DNA of 64,000 nucleotides. Origin: Steroidobacteraceae bacterium. Lineage in GTDB: Bacteria; Pseudomonadota; Gammaproteobacteria; Steroidobacterales; Steroidobacteraceae. Where the stretch lies: contig JBMFWZ010000004.1 of assembly GCA_049964755.1 (NCBI GenBank), forward strand, positions 603-64,602, given 5' to 3'. Both the position numbers and the translations under genes were made by a program. Of this stretch, positions 28,532 through 38,464 are shown piece after piece. Within the stretch, counting starts at the first letter, position 1. Every line of letters starts with the position of its first letter. A model generated the notes under the pieces. The model saw only the letters and a program-made list of their open reading frames with translations, ran no database searches and was not told the origin of the DNA.

Positions 28532-29962
28532 TCAGGCGACCTCGAGAATCTGCAACGAGTTGGTGCCGCCCTGCACGCCGGATTGTTCGCCCTTGGTGAG
28601 GATCACCAGATCCTTGCGCTCGACCAACTTCAGCTCGAGCAGCCGGGTAAACAGCGTGTCGTACAGCTCCCCCGTCGACTTCGCACGAGTCACGTCGAAG
28701 ATGACCGGGTACACGCCCCGGAACATCGTCACGCGCCGCCGAGTCGACTCATGGCGGGTGAAGGCATAGATCGGTATGTCCGAGCGAATACGCGACATCC
28801 ACAGCGGGGTTGATCCGGACTCGGTCAGCGCGACGATGGCGCGCACCTTCATGTGGTTGGCCGCGTACATCACCGCCATGGCGATCGCTTCCTCGCTGTC
28901 GCCGAACTGGCCCTCGGTGCGGTGTCGCTCGTGTCCGAGCGAGACCTGGTACTTCTCCGCACCCTCGATGATCTGCGCCATCGCCTCCACGGCACGCACC
29001 GGATAGCGTCCCGCAGCGGTTTCCGCCGAGAGCATCACCGCATCGGTGCCGTCCAACACCGCGTTGGCCACGTCGCTGGCCTCGGCGCGCGTCGGGATCG
29101 GACTTTGGATCATCGACTCCATCATTTGCGTCGCGGTGATCACCACGCGGTTCTGCGCCCGCGTCTTGTGAATGATGGTCTTCTGCAGCCCGGTGAGCTC
29201 CGCGTAGCCCATTTCCACGCCCAAGTCCCCGCGCGCCACCATGACCACGTCAGACGCCTTGATGATCGCATCGAGATTGCTGATCGCCTCCTGGCGCTCG
29301 ACTTTCGCGACGATGCGCGTGTCGCGCCCGGCGCGGCGGGCCAGCGTACGCGCCTGCTCGATGTCGTCCGCATCACGCGCGAAGGACACCGCGATGTAAT
29401 CAACGCTCTCCTCCACAGCGACTCGGATGTCCTCCTTGTCCTTGTCCGAGAGCGCCGGCGCGGAGATCCCACCGCCCTGGCGGTTGAGCCCCTTGCGGTT
29501 GGAGAGTTCACCGCCGACGCGCACCTGGGTGTAGATGCGCGTACCGGCCACCCGGTCCACGTCGAGCACGATCTGCCCGTCGTTCAGCAGCAGCGTATCG
29601 CCCCCCTTCACATCGTGGATCAGGTTCTTGTAGGCGACCCCGACGCTCTCGAGGGTTCCGGCCTTCGGATCGAGGGCCGTATCGAGCACGAACGGCTTGC
29701 CCTCGACGAGCATCACCTTGCCCTCGAGGAAACTCTCGATGCGGATCTTCGGTCCGGCCAGATCGAGCAGCACACCGACGCACCGATTGGCTCGGTTCGC
29801 CGCTTCGCGCACCATCGCGAGGCGGCGACGGCGGTCATCCACCGTGCCGTGCGAGGCGTTCAGGCGCGCCACATCCAGTCCGCAGCGCATCATGTCCGTC
29901 AGGATCTGTACATCGTCTGTGGCAGGACCGACGGTTGCCACGATTTTGGTTCTTCTGAGCAT
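28532..29962 (-). CDS. pyk: Pyruvate kinase
   Basis: Internal Met MLRRTKIVATVGPAT of ORF 28532..30175, with MVARGDLGVE and a C-terminal regulatory domain. 476 aa. Confidence 0.9.
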   Translation of the reverse strand: MLRRTKIVATVGPATDDVQILTDMMRCGLDVARLNASHGTVDDRRRRLAMVREAANRANRCVGVLLDLAGPKIRIESFLEGKVMLVEGKPFVLDTALDPKAGTLESVGVAYKNLIHDVKGGDTLLLNDGQIVLDVDRVAGTRIYTQVRVGGELSNRKGLNRQGGGISAPALSDKDKEDIRVAVEESVDYIAVSFARDADDIEQARTLARRAGRDTRIVAKVERQEAISNLDAIIKASDVVMVARGDLGVEMGYAELTGLQKTIIHKTRAQNRVVITATQMMESMIQSPIPTRAEASDVANAVLDGTDAVMLSAETAAGRYPVRAVEAMAQIIEGAEKYQVSLGHERHRTEGQFGDSEEAIAMAVMYAANHMKVRAIVALTESGSTPLWMSRIRSDIPIYAFTRHESTRRRVTMFRGVYPVIFDVTRAKSTGELYDTLFTRLLELKLVERKDLVILTKGEQSGVQGGTNSLQILEVA

Positions 29963-29966
29963 ACAT

Positions 29967-31145
29967 TCAGCCGCGCGCACGCGCCTCCAGGACTGCCACT
30001 GCAGGCAGCTTCTTGCCTTCGACGAATTCCAGGAATGCCCCGCCGCCGGTCGAGATGTAGGAAATCCCGTCCTCGACGCGGTACTTTTCGATGGCCGCGA
30101 GCGTGTCACCCCCGCCAGCGAGGGAGAATGCCTTGCTGCGCGCGATCGCCTCGGCGATCGCGCGGGTGCCCTCACCGAACTGGTCGAACTCGAACACCCC
30201 GACCGGTCCGTTCCAGAGAATGGTGCCGGCGTCCTGCAGCAGCGCGGAGAGCCGCTCCGCGGTGTCCGGACCGATGTCGAGGATCATCTCCTCGGCGCGC
30301 ACATCGTGGATCGAGCGGACGTCGGCGTGGGCAGTGGCGGCGAACTCCTTGGCCACCACGACGTCGGTCGGCAGCGGGATCTCTGTGCCGCGCTCGCGCG
30401 CCCGGTCCATCAGGCGCCGTGCCACGTCGGTGAGCTCCGACTCGCACAGCGACTTGCCCACCTGCACGCCCGTGGCGGCCAGGAAGGTGTTGGCGATGCC
30501 GCCACCGACGATGAGCTTGTCGACTTTCTCGAGCAGCGTCTCGAGCACGGTGAGCTTGGTCGAGACCTTGGAGCCCGCGACGATCGCCACCAGCGGCCGG
30601 GCCGGCTTCTCCAGCGCCCGCTCGAGCGCCTCGAGCTCCCCGACCAGCAGCGGACCGGCGCAGGCCACCTTGGCGAAGCGCGCCACCCCGTGCGTGCTGG
30701 CCTCGGCCCGGTGAGCCGTACCAAAGGCATCCATCACGAACACGTCACACAGCGCCGCCATGCGCCGCGCGAGCGCCTCGTCATCCTTCTTCTCCCCCGA
30801 GTTGAAGCGCGCGTTCTCGCACAGCACCACGGTGCCCGGAGCGCATTGGAGGCCGTCGAGCCAATCGCGCTTCAGCGGCACCGGCTTGCCGAGCAACTCG
30901 GCTAAGCGCGCCGCGACCGGCTTCAGCGACAGCGCCTCGTCGAGTTCACCCTCCTTGGGCCGCCCGAGATGCGACACGACGAACACCTGCGCATGCTGGT
31001 CGAGCGCATAACGGATGGTCGGCAACGCGGCGCGGATGCGCGCATCGCTCGTCACTACACCGTCCTTGATCGGGCAATTGAGGTCTTCACGGATCAGGAC
31101 CCGCTTGCCATGCAGGTCCGTGTCCGTCATGCGCAGAACGTTCAT
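29967..31145 (-). CDS. pgk: Phosphoglycerate kinase
   Basis: [26 protein letters not shown]..., SHLGRPKEG and [10 protein letters not shown]. The ATG overlaps the gap stop (ATGA at 31142..31145). Confidence 0.95.
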   Translation of the reverse strand: MNVLRMTDTDLHGKRVLIREDLNCPIKDGVVTSDARIRAALPTIRYALDQHAQVFVVSHLGRPKEGELDEALSLKPVAARLAELLGKPVPLKRDWLDGLQCAPGTVVLCENARFNSGEKKDDEALARRMAALCDVFVMDAFGTAHRAEASTHGVARFAKVACAGPLLVGELEALERALEKPARPLVAIVAGSKVSTKLTVLETLLEKVDKLIVGGGIANTFLAATGVQVGKSLCESELTDVARRLMDRARERGTEIPLPTDVVVAKEFAATAHADVRSIHDVRAEEMILDIGPDTAERLSALLQDAGTILWNGPVGVFEFDQFGEGTRAIAEAIARSKAFSLAGGGDTLAAIEKYRVEDGISYISTGGGAFLEFVEGKKLPAVAVLEARARG

Positions 31146-32158
31146 GACGCCTTGGACCAGGCGAGCGCGACATCGATCATACGGTTGGAGAAGCCCCACT
31201 CATTGTCGTACCACGCGCACACCTTCACCAGCGTGCCGCCGATGACCTTGGTCAGCGTCGCATCGAACACTGAGGAGTGTGCGTCGTGATTGAAATCGCA
31301 CGAGACCAGCGGTGCGGTGTTGTAGCCGAGCACTCCCTGCCACGCCGAAGAGGCGGCCGCCGTGCGCAACAGCTCGTTGACTTCCTCGACGCTGGTCGCC
31401 CGCTTGGCCGAGAAGGTCAGATCGACCATCGAGACGTTGATGGTGGGGACGCGCACGGAGAAGCCATCGAGCAGCCCCTTGAGCTCCGGCAATACCAGAC
31501 CCACGGCGGCCGCCGCGCCGGTCTTGGTCGGAATCTGCGACTGGGTCGCCGAGCGCGCGCGACGCAGATCCTTGTGGTAGACGTCGGTGAGCACCTGATC
31601 GTTCGTGTAGGAGTGCACCGTCGTCATGAGCCCGGCGGCAATCCCCATCGCGTCGTGGAGGACCTTGGCGACGGGCGCCAGACAGTTGGTGGTGCACGAG
31701 GCGTTCGAGACCACCGTGTGCTTGCTCGAGAGCACGCTGTGGTTGACGCCGTAAACCACGGTCGCATCGACATCATCCCCGCCGGGTGCGGAGATCAGCA
31801 CTTTCTTCGCGCCGCCGGCCAGGTGCGCCGCGGCTTTCGCCTTGCTGGTGAACAGCCCCGTGCACTCGAGCACGAAGTCCACCCCGAGAGCGCCCCAGGG
31901 GAGCTTGGCCGGATCGCGCTCGGCGAGCACGCGGATGCGCTGACCGTTGACCGACAGCGAGTCACCGTCGACCTTCACTTCGCCCGGGAAGCGACCGTGC
32001 ACCGTATCGTACTGCGTCAGGTGCGCATTGGTCTTGGCGTCCCCGAGGTCGTTGATCGCGATGATCTGCACTTCGCTGGCGCGCTCGCCCTCGAACAGGG
32101 CGCGCAGCACGTTGCGTCCGATGCGGCCGTAGCCGTTGATTCCCACCTTGATTGCCAT
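31142..32158 (-). CDS. gap: Glyceraldehyde-3-phosphate dehydrogenase
   Basis: 338 aa. [29 protein letters not shown] and WYDNEWGFS. Confidence 0.95.
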   Translation of the reverse strand: MAIKVGINGYGRIGRNVLRALFEGERASEVQIIAINDLGDAKTNAHLTQYDTVHGRFPGEVKVDGDSLSVNGQRIRVLAERDPAKLPWGALGVDFVLECTGLFTSKAKAAAHLAGGAKKVLISAPGGDDVDATVVYGVNHSVLSSKHTVVSNASCTTNCLAPVAKVLHDAMGIAAGLMTTVHSYTNDQVLTDVYHKDLRRARSATQSQIPTKTGAAAAVGLVLPELKGLLDGFSVRVPTINVSMVDLTFSAKRATSVEEVNELLRTAAASSAWQGVLGYNTAPLVSCDFNHDAHSSVFDATLTKVIGGTLVKVCAWYDNEWGFSNRMIDVALAWSKAS

Positions 32159-32182
32159 GAGCCGTAACCCCTTAACGTATGA

Positions 32183-32580
32183 TCAATGTGCCGTATCAAG
32201 CCGCTCGCCGATCTGGCGCTCGAGGCGCCCGGCGGTCAATCCACGCAGTGCGAGGCGTCGCGGACTCTGCTCCGCGACACCGAAATCATCGAGGCCGCTC
32301 ACCCGGCCGTCGGTACCCCCATCACCTCGCCACGATAACGTAGCGCCCGCCCCGACCGCCAGCCGCCAGCGCATCGTGCACGGCGGCTCGCGGCGGCAGG
32401 CGTCCTCGCGAAATTCGAACACGTCGGTGAACGGCAGCGATGCGAGACGCACGCATCCTCCAGTGGCCCGCGAACGATGCGGCGTCGAAGTCCGGCCCGG
32501 ATCGGCCAGGGTCGCGAGGCTGCGGATCACACGATCCGGTTCGCGCCGACCTCCGGGACGATCCGCGCTCACCCCTGAGC
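32183..32580 (-). pseudogene. Decayed C-terminal fragment of transketolase (tkt remnant)
   Basis: The tail of ORF 32183..32905 (-) reads VRLASLPFTDVFEFREDACRRE..RWRLAVGAGATLSWRGDGGTDGRVSGLDDFGVAEQSPRRLALRGLTAGRLERQIGERL. It is collinear with the E. coli TktA C-terminus as I remember it: [86 protein letters not shown]. The upstream part of the ORF is Arg/Gly-rich junk, and only about 1 kb is available before cpdA, against about 2 kb for an intact tkt. The upstream boundary is arbitrary. Confidence 0.45.
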
Positions 32581-33169
32581 GGCCGGTGTCCCGCCCTGCG
32601 TCACCTCTCGCCCGGTCACCGGCCGGCACCGGGGTACGGGGCGGGGGAACGGCCCCCGGGCGCTGCGCTCCTCGGAGGCGCTCGACGCACGCAGTCATGC
32701 CCATCCCGGCACGTTCCGCAGCGCGATCGCAAGCTCTCGGCGTGTGCTCATCGGCTCCTTTCAGGCGGCGCAGGCCCTCATCGCACCCGCCCGCGCAGCC
32801 ACCGCCGCGCGACCTCAGAGTAAAAGGGGCCGGCATTGTCCCCCAGCGCATCCCAATCCTCAATCTCCGGGCCGGCGCCGGGCCGGCGTCGGCGGGTGCC
32901 CGCAAGACTTTTGCCCCGCCGTCCGTTCGATCCTCTGAGGCGTACCGGCCGGCACGGCTGTATCAATATCCAGGCTCTTGAAAGCCGCTCTCGCCGAGTC
33001 GGCGCGACGCCCGGCGCGGCGCAGACCTCAGACCCGGCTCGAACGGGACGAACGGCCCTGAGGGTGCGAGTCGCGGCGAGTGCGGTTGGGAACCATGGGG
33101 CACCGGACTGCTGCCCGGATGCCAACCAATTCACTGCGGGTTAAGGCGTCTTTGTTACGCTGCGCAAAC

Positions 33170-33952
33170 ATGAGCAGCGTACGTCTCATTCAGTTCACCG
33201 ACCTGCACCTGTACGCCAGCGAGGACGGCGCACTGCGCGGGGTGCCGACGCTGCCGTCGGTGCGTCGGGCGCTGGGCCACGCGCAGTGCGGCCCGTGGCC
33301 GCCGGATGCGCTGCTGGTCACCGGCGACATCGTGCAGGATGACCCCGGCGGATATGCGCACTTCCGCACTCTGTTCGGTGCGCTGCAAATGCCGGTGTTG
33401 TGCCTGCCGGGCAACCACGACGATCCGGACCGGTTGCGCGAGGTGCTCAGCGAGGCGCCGTTCCTGACCGGCGGACACCTCGAGCTTGGCCGCTGGCGCA
33501 TCATCCTGCTCGACAGCGTGGTGCCCGGCGCGGCCCACGGGGAATTGCGCCACAGCAGCCTCGTTGCGCTCGATGCCGCGCTCACCCAGTCCGAGGAGCG
33601 CCCGGCGCTGGTGTGTCTGCACCATCATCCGGTGCCGATGCACAGCCGCTGGCTCGACCAGGTGGGCCTGCGCAACGCGCAGGCCTTCTTCGCCGTCATC
33701 GACCGTCACCCCAACGTGCGGGGCATTCTCTGGGGGCACGTGCACCAGAGCTTCGATGCACTGCGCAAAGGCGTGCGACTGCTCGGCACACCCTCGACCT
33801 GCGCACAGTTCAAGCCGCACGCCGAGGACTTCGAGCTCGACTCGCGTCCGGCGGCCTATCGCACGCTCGAACTGTATGCCGATGGGACGATCGTCACCGA
33901 GGTGGTCGCGGTGCAAACCGTGAGCGGCCGCGGATCGATGAGCGCAGCGTAA
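33170..33952 (+). CDS. cpdA: 3',5'-cyclic-nucleotide phosphodiesterase CpdA (class III metallophosphoesterase)
   Basis: Internal ATG of ORF 33080..33952. Motifs FTDLHL, TGDIVQD, GNHD, LHHHP and GHVH are in the canonical order. Confidence 0.8.
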   Translation: MSSVRLIQFTDLHLYASEDGALRGVPTLPSVRRALGHAQCGPWPPDALLVTGDIVQDDPGGYAHFRTLFGALQMPVLCLPGNHDDPDRLREVLSEAPFLTGGHLELGRWRIILLDSVVPGAAHGELRHSSLVALDAALTQSEERPALVCLHHHPVPMHSRWLDQVGLRNAQAFFAVIDRHPNVRGILWGHVHQSFDALRKGVRLLGTPSTCAQFKPHAEDFELDSRPAAYRTLELYADGTIVTEVVAVQTVSGRGSMSAA

Positions 33953-34039
33953 CGCGCGGTCGCGATGCGCCATTGATCTTTGTCCTCGCGCTGGCTACTT
34001 TGCGCGCCTTGCGGACGCAATAAGCCACACGAGAACGGA

Positions 34040-36052
34040 ATGACTCGACACACCCTGCCCCGGGGGCTGCTGCTCCTGAGCCTCCTCGCCCTCGCGCCCA
34101 GCGTCTTCGCCCGCGGCGTCACCCCTTACCTGCCGCTGAACCTCGATCCGGCGATGCAGAACGCGGTCGAACGGGTGCTGATCCTCGGCGATGAGCCGGT
34201 GCTGTCTCGGCCGATCCCGGCCGCGCTGGTCCTCGAGGCACTGCCCAAAGCCTGTCGAGTCGACCGGCCGCTCTGTCAGCGCGTGCGGCATTACCTGCGC
34301 CGCTACATGCACTCCAACGGCGTGGAGTTCGCCAGCGCCTCGCTCGGCGTGACCGGCGGACGTTCCAACATCACGCTGCCGAACGCGCACGGGGAGAAGG
34401 CGCAGAGTCCCTTCCAGGTCGCCGCGGCGGGCTATCTGCAACCGAACTCGCACATCCTGCTCAATCTCGGCGGGGACATCTACCAGGGCCGTGTGACGCC
34501 GACCGGCACCATGCTCAGCCTCGGCTTCGACTGGGCGCAGCTCGATATCGGCTACCGCGATCATTGGTGGTCGCCGCTCACCGACAGCTCCATGCTGATC
34601 AGCACCGAGGCGCCGACCATGCCCTCGATCACGCTGTCGAACTACCAGCCCCTGACGCGGCTCGGCCTGCAGTACGAGATCTTCGTGGCGCAGATGTCAC
34701 AGTCAAGCCGCATCGAACTGCCGAACGGCACCCTCACCCGCGGCCACCCGAAGATGGGCGGGCTCAGACTGAGCATCGAGCCGGTGAGCGGCTGGGGACT
34801 GTCGCTCCAGCGAGTGCTGATCTGGGGCGGCGGGGCGGCCGGTGGCGAGTCCTTCAGCGACGTCATGCAGGCGTTCATCAACCCCAGCAAGGCGCAGAGC
34901 AGCGGGTTCAACGCCGGTACGCACGTGGTGGGCAAACAGGAGGCCTCCCTCAGCAGCGAGTTCATTTTCCCCGGCCGCGTGCCGTTCGCCGTCTATGTCG
35001 AGTACGCCGGCAACGACACCGCCGACGGCAAGAATTACCTGCTCGGCAAGCCCGATATCTCTGCCGGCATCCAATTCCCCCACATCGGTCCGTTTGACCT
35101 GACGTACGAGGTCGATTCGTTCTCCCCGACCTGGTACGTGCACACCGCGAGCCCGCTGCAGACCGGTTATCTCGACGGAATCACCAACTACGGGGCGAGC
35201 ATCGGCAACTGGTTCGGGGATCAGCGCGTGCTCGCCACACCGACCACGATTGCCGATCAGGTGGGCGGTCAGAGCAACATGCTGCGCCTCGGGTGGACAC
35301 CGCCGTTTGGAGGCTACCTGCAGCTGCGGCTGCGCTCGCTGTCGAACGAAGGGCAGACCACTTTCGCCACCTACCCTTACCGCAACGAGTACATGGGCTC
35401 GCTGCGGTACACTCGACCCTGGGAGGGCTATGCCGTCGGCGCTGCGCTGCAGATGGGCAGCGACGTGTTCGGCGCGCACTTCGTGCGCTTGGAGGGGACC
35501 GTGACCGACGGTTCGGCGCTGCTCAATGGGGACTCGACCGGCGCCGGGGCATTCGAGGGCACACGGCCCAAGGGCGACTGGCTGTTCGTGCAGACCGGCG
35601 TGAACTACTACCGCATGCTCGTCAATCCGATGAGCACGGTGCGCTTCTACACCCGCTGGGCCGGCAGTCCGGACCTCACGATCGGCGCGCTGCGGCGGAT
35701 CTCCAAACATCAGGACATCGGCGTGGCGCTCGATGCGGACGCGATCAGCGGTCGGCTCATGCTCGGCCTGCGCATGATCGACTACCGCTACCGCTTCAAC
35801 TGGCCCATCGCCTTCCACGCATTCATGGGTGCGGCGCGCTACTCACTCGCCACTCCGGCTTACGGGCTGTATCTCGGCGCGGGCCTCGAGTGGCGCAAGT
35901 TCCTGCCCAACTGGGACCTGGGCGTGGATTTCCGCAACGTCATCGACGCGAACCGGCAGCGTGATCTGCCGAGCGATCCGCAGGGCGGCGTCGGGCCCTA
36001 CTCGTTCATCAGCACCTACAGTTACACGCTGTACGTGTCGCGGCGGTTCTGA
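34040..36052 (+). CDS. Wzi-like (capsule assembly) outer-membrane protein with an extra C-terminal beta-barrel-like extension
   Basis: Internal ATG of ORF 33980..36052. Signal peptide MTRHTLPRGLLLLSLLALAPSVFA. DIGYRDHWWSPLTDSSMLISTEAPTMPSITL resembles the Wzi-family signature (..WWGPG..SLILS.NA.P). The C-terminus ends YTLYVSRRF, an aromatic terminal residue typical of OM barrels. 670 aa, longer than typical Wzi. Confidence 0.6.
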   Translation: MTRHTLPRGLLLLSLLALAPSVFARGVTPYLPLNLDPAMQNAVERVLILGDEPVLSRPIPAALVLEALPKACRVDRPLCQRVRHYLRRYMHSNGVEFASASLGVTGGRSNITLPNAHGEKAQSPFQVAAAGYLQPNSHILLNLGGDIYQGRVTPTGTMLSLGFDWAQLDIGYRDHWWSPLTDSSMLISTEAPTMPSITLSNYQPLTRLGLQYEIFVAQMSQSSRIELPNGTLTRGHPKMGGLRLSIEPVSGWGLSLQRVLIWGGGAAGGESFSDVMQAFINPSKAQSSGFNAGTHVVGKQEASLSSEFIFPGRVPFAVYVEYAGNDTADGKNYLLGKPDISAGIQFPHIGPFDLTYEVDSFSPTWYVHTASPLQTGYLDGITNYGASIGNWFGDQRVLATPTTIADQVGGQSNMLRLGWTPPFGGYLQLRLRSLSNEGQTTFATYPYRNEYMGSLRYTRPWEGYAVGAALQMGSDVFGAHFVRLEGTVTDGSALLNGDSTGAGAFEGTRPKGDWLFVQTGVNYYRMLVNPMSTVRFYTRWAGSPDLTIGALRRISKHQDIGVALDADAISGRLMLGLRMIDYRYRFNWPIAFHAFMGAARYSLATPAYGLYLGAGLEWRKFLPNWDLGVDFRNVIDANRQRDLPSDPQGGVGPYSFISTYSYTLYVSRRF

Positions 36053-36068
36053 GCGACGGGCGCGCCGG

Positions 36069-37184
36069 TCACTCGCGCGCCGCGGGACGCTGCTCGCCCG
36101 GGCCATCCGGGCCGAGCAGCGCCTCGAAATCCCGAGCGATCTGCGCGAAGGAGAAATTGGCGCACACCCATGCGCGCCCCGCGGCGCCCATGCGCTCACG
36201 ACGCGGCTCGTCGGCGAGCAGTTCCCCGACCGCCGCTGAGAGCGCGCCGCTGTCCCCGGCCGCGGTCATCAGTCCGGTGACACCCGGCACCAGCGTCTCG
36301 CGCAGCCCGCCGGCATCGGTCACCACCACCGGCACCCCGGCTGACTGCGCCTCGACCGACACCCGACCGAAGGTCTCAGCGCCCACCGAGGGTACGACGA
36401 CCAGGTCGCAAGCCGGGTAGAACTGCGCCATATCGAGCTGCCAATCGAGCAAGCGGTGGCGGGAGGAGTACGCCGAGCGGGCCACGCGCTGGCGCAGCTC
36501 ATCGACGTCCCGCCCATCGCCGACCCACAGCACCCGAGCGTGCGCGAACTGCGCCAACACCGGCTCGAGTGCCTCGAACATCGCGAAGATTCCCTTCTCG
36601 CGCACCATGCGGCCGGCGTAGCCGATGAGCACGTCCGACACCCCGATGCCGTGGCGAGCACGGATCTGCGCGCGCCACTCGGCGCACGGACGGAACAGGT
36701 CGGTGTCGATCGGGTTGTACAGCACCGCGGCGCGCGTCACGTTCATGCCCTGGCGGTGGTACTCCTCGCGGTGGAAGCGCGAGACGAGGATGAAGCGGTC
36801 CGCACGGTGCGCCAGCATGCGTCGCGTGCGGCCGCTCTTGGGCACCACCGGCCAATGGCGAAAGAACGCCACTCGGGCCCCGGCCAGGCGGCGCAGTCCC
36901 ATGAACACCCAATGGAAGCGCCCGTCGCCGGTGACGAGCCAGTCGGGCCGCTCGCGCCGCGCCAGAGCAATCGTGCGCAGCACCAGGCGCACACCGCTCG
37001 CCGCGCCGGGCGCCACCGCGAGGCAGGACACACCCGACTGGCGCAGGATGGCCTCGACCGAGCTGCCGCCGCGCACCACGCAGCGCACGGCGTGGCCGCG
37101 GCGCGCCAGCGCAATCGCCAGCGCCGCGCCATGCTGCTCGGTGCCGTAGCCGCGCGTGGTCGAATCCGCAAACAGAAATTTCAT
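36069..37184 (-). CDS. Glycosyltransferase, GT4 family (GT-B fold)
   Basis: Internal Met MKFLFADSTTRGYGTEQH of ORF 36069..37343. The C-terminal block PSVGAETFGRVSVEAQSAGVPVVVTDAGGLRE is an E-x7-E type GT4 motif. Confidence 0.8.
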   Translation of the reverse strand: MKFLFADSTTRGYGTEQHGAALAIALARRGHAVRCVVRGGSSVEAILRQSGVSCLAVAPGAASGVRLVLRTIALARRERPDWLVTGDGRFHWVFMGLRRLAGARVAFFRHWPVVPKSGRTRRMLAHRADRFILVSRFHREEYHRQGMNVTRAAVLYNPIDTDLFRPCAEWRAQIRARHGIGVSDVLIGYAGRMVREKGIFAMFEALEPVLAQFAHARVLWVGDGRDVDELRQRVARSAYSSRHRLLDWQLDMAQFYPACDLVVVPSVGAETFGRVSVEAQSAGVPVVVTDAGGLRETLVPGVTGLMTAAGDSGALSAAVGELLADEPRRERMGAAGRAWVCANFSFAQIARDFEALLGPDGPGEQRPAARE

Positions 37185-37266
37185 CCTCACCGCTCCCTCG
37201 GCCGTGACGGCCCTGGATCGCGCTGCGCAGATCTGCCGGACGCACCACACGCGCCCGCCACAATCG

Positions 37267-38358
37267 TCAGGACTGCGCCATCGCCGCAGTCGCGACCCGG
37301 CGCGCCGTCCCGCGCCCCCGGAGCAGGGTACACCAAGCCTCAAAGACTGCCTGTACCGGAATCTCGGCCGCCCGCTCGTACTGGGGCGGACCGCCCAGGC
37401 CGATCACCGGGGACCCGGTCGGACTGCGCGGCAGCCATACCCCCTGTCCGCAGATGCCGTAGAGCACGACCACCGGCAGTCCCAGCGCCGCTGCCGCGTG
37501 CGCCGGGCCGGTGTCCACCGAAATCATGCTGTGCGCCGTCTCGATCAGTGCGAACAGCGGCCGCAGCTCCAGACCGGCCACCTGCAGGTCCGCCAGACCG
37601 ATCGCCGAGCGCATCGCCTCGAGCATCGGAATCTCCTCGCGTGCCCCGCGCAGCACGATGAGCGCCTCGGGCAGGCGCGCCCGGATGCACCCGATCAACT
37701 CGCGCCAGTGCCCGATCGGCCACGCCTTGTCGTCGCGGTCCTGCCAGCGGCGGCGCCGGCGCGCACTCATGCTGCGATGATTGCCGGGCTGCAGCAGCAC
37801 CAACGGGCGGCCGAACCAGCCGCGCGCGCGCAGCCACGCATCGCGCTCGCGGCGCTCGAAATCCAACACCGCCAGTCGCGGGGCACAGCGGCGGTAGTCC
37901 GCCGGAAGCGGAGCGTCGGCCGCCTCGAGTGCCGCCGGCGTGCGCGCCCCGAGCCGCAGCAGCGCATCGATCCAGTGGCCGCGTTCACCCGGCTCCTCGT
38001 CGATGAACAGACAACGGTCCGGATCGATGCCGCTCGTGGCGAGCAGCCGCTTCACTCGCGGCAGCTGTCGGTACTGATATTCGGCGATGTAGATCGGCCC
38101 CGGCGCGCTCGCGCGCAGCGCGCGCACCAGATGCGGCCATTGGGAGGTGAAGGGAAAGGGCGCGTGCCGCGGCAGGCTCCAGCTGTGCGCCACATCGGGA
38201 TGACCTAGAAACACGCTCGAGTTCCAGGGTCCGGCGCCCACCACCTGACAGGGCATCCCGTAGCGCCGGTGCAGCATGGCCAGCAGCGCCGTCTGCATGA
38301 TCATGTCACCGACCCGGCCGTGGCGGATGACGAAGGGCTGAATGGGATGCGCGCTCAT
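37267..38358 (-). CDS. Glycosyltransferase family 9 (heptosyltransferase-like)
   Basis: 363 aa. RHGRVGDMIMQTALL at the N-terminus and SVDTGPAHAAAALGLPVVVLYG at the C-terminus are GT9 hallmarks. Confidence 0.75.
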   Translation of the reverse strand: MSAHPIQPFVIRHGRVGDMIMQTALLAMLHRRYGMPCQVVGAGPWNSSVFLGHPDVAHSWSLPRHAPFPFTSQWPHLVRALRASAPGPIYIAEYQYRQLPRVKRLLATSGIDPDRCLFIDEEPGERGHWIDALLRLGARTPAALEAADAPLPADYRRCAPRLAVLDFERRERDAWLRARGWFGRPLVLLQPGNHRSMSARRRRRWQDRDDKAWPIGHWRELIGCIRARLPEALIVLRGAREEIPMLEAMRSAIGLADLQVAGLELRPLFALIETAHSMISVDTGPAHAAAALGLPVVVLYGICGQGVWLPRSPTGSPVIGLGGPPQYERAAEIPVQAVFEAWCTLLRGRGTARRVATAAMAQS

Positions 38359-38464
38359 CGGTACGATGCGGCCGGAACCGGACGCGTTATTCTGCCCACC
38401 CTGGCGCTCAGAATTGTAACCAATTGCACGCAGGGCGTGCCACGCCGCCGGGCGCAGTCGGGGC

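Noticed and set aside
32778-33134. A second minus-strand frame (TRRRRP...AGPFYSE) that loosely recalls the transketolase middle-domain segment SRQNLP...GGYVL.
   Set aside because: Its distance from the convincing C-terminal fragment is about three times what an intact tkt would give, and the similarity is only a few residues. It is probably pattern over-reading.
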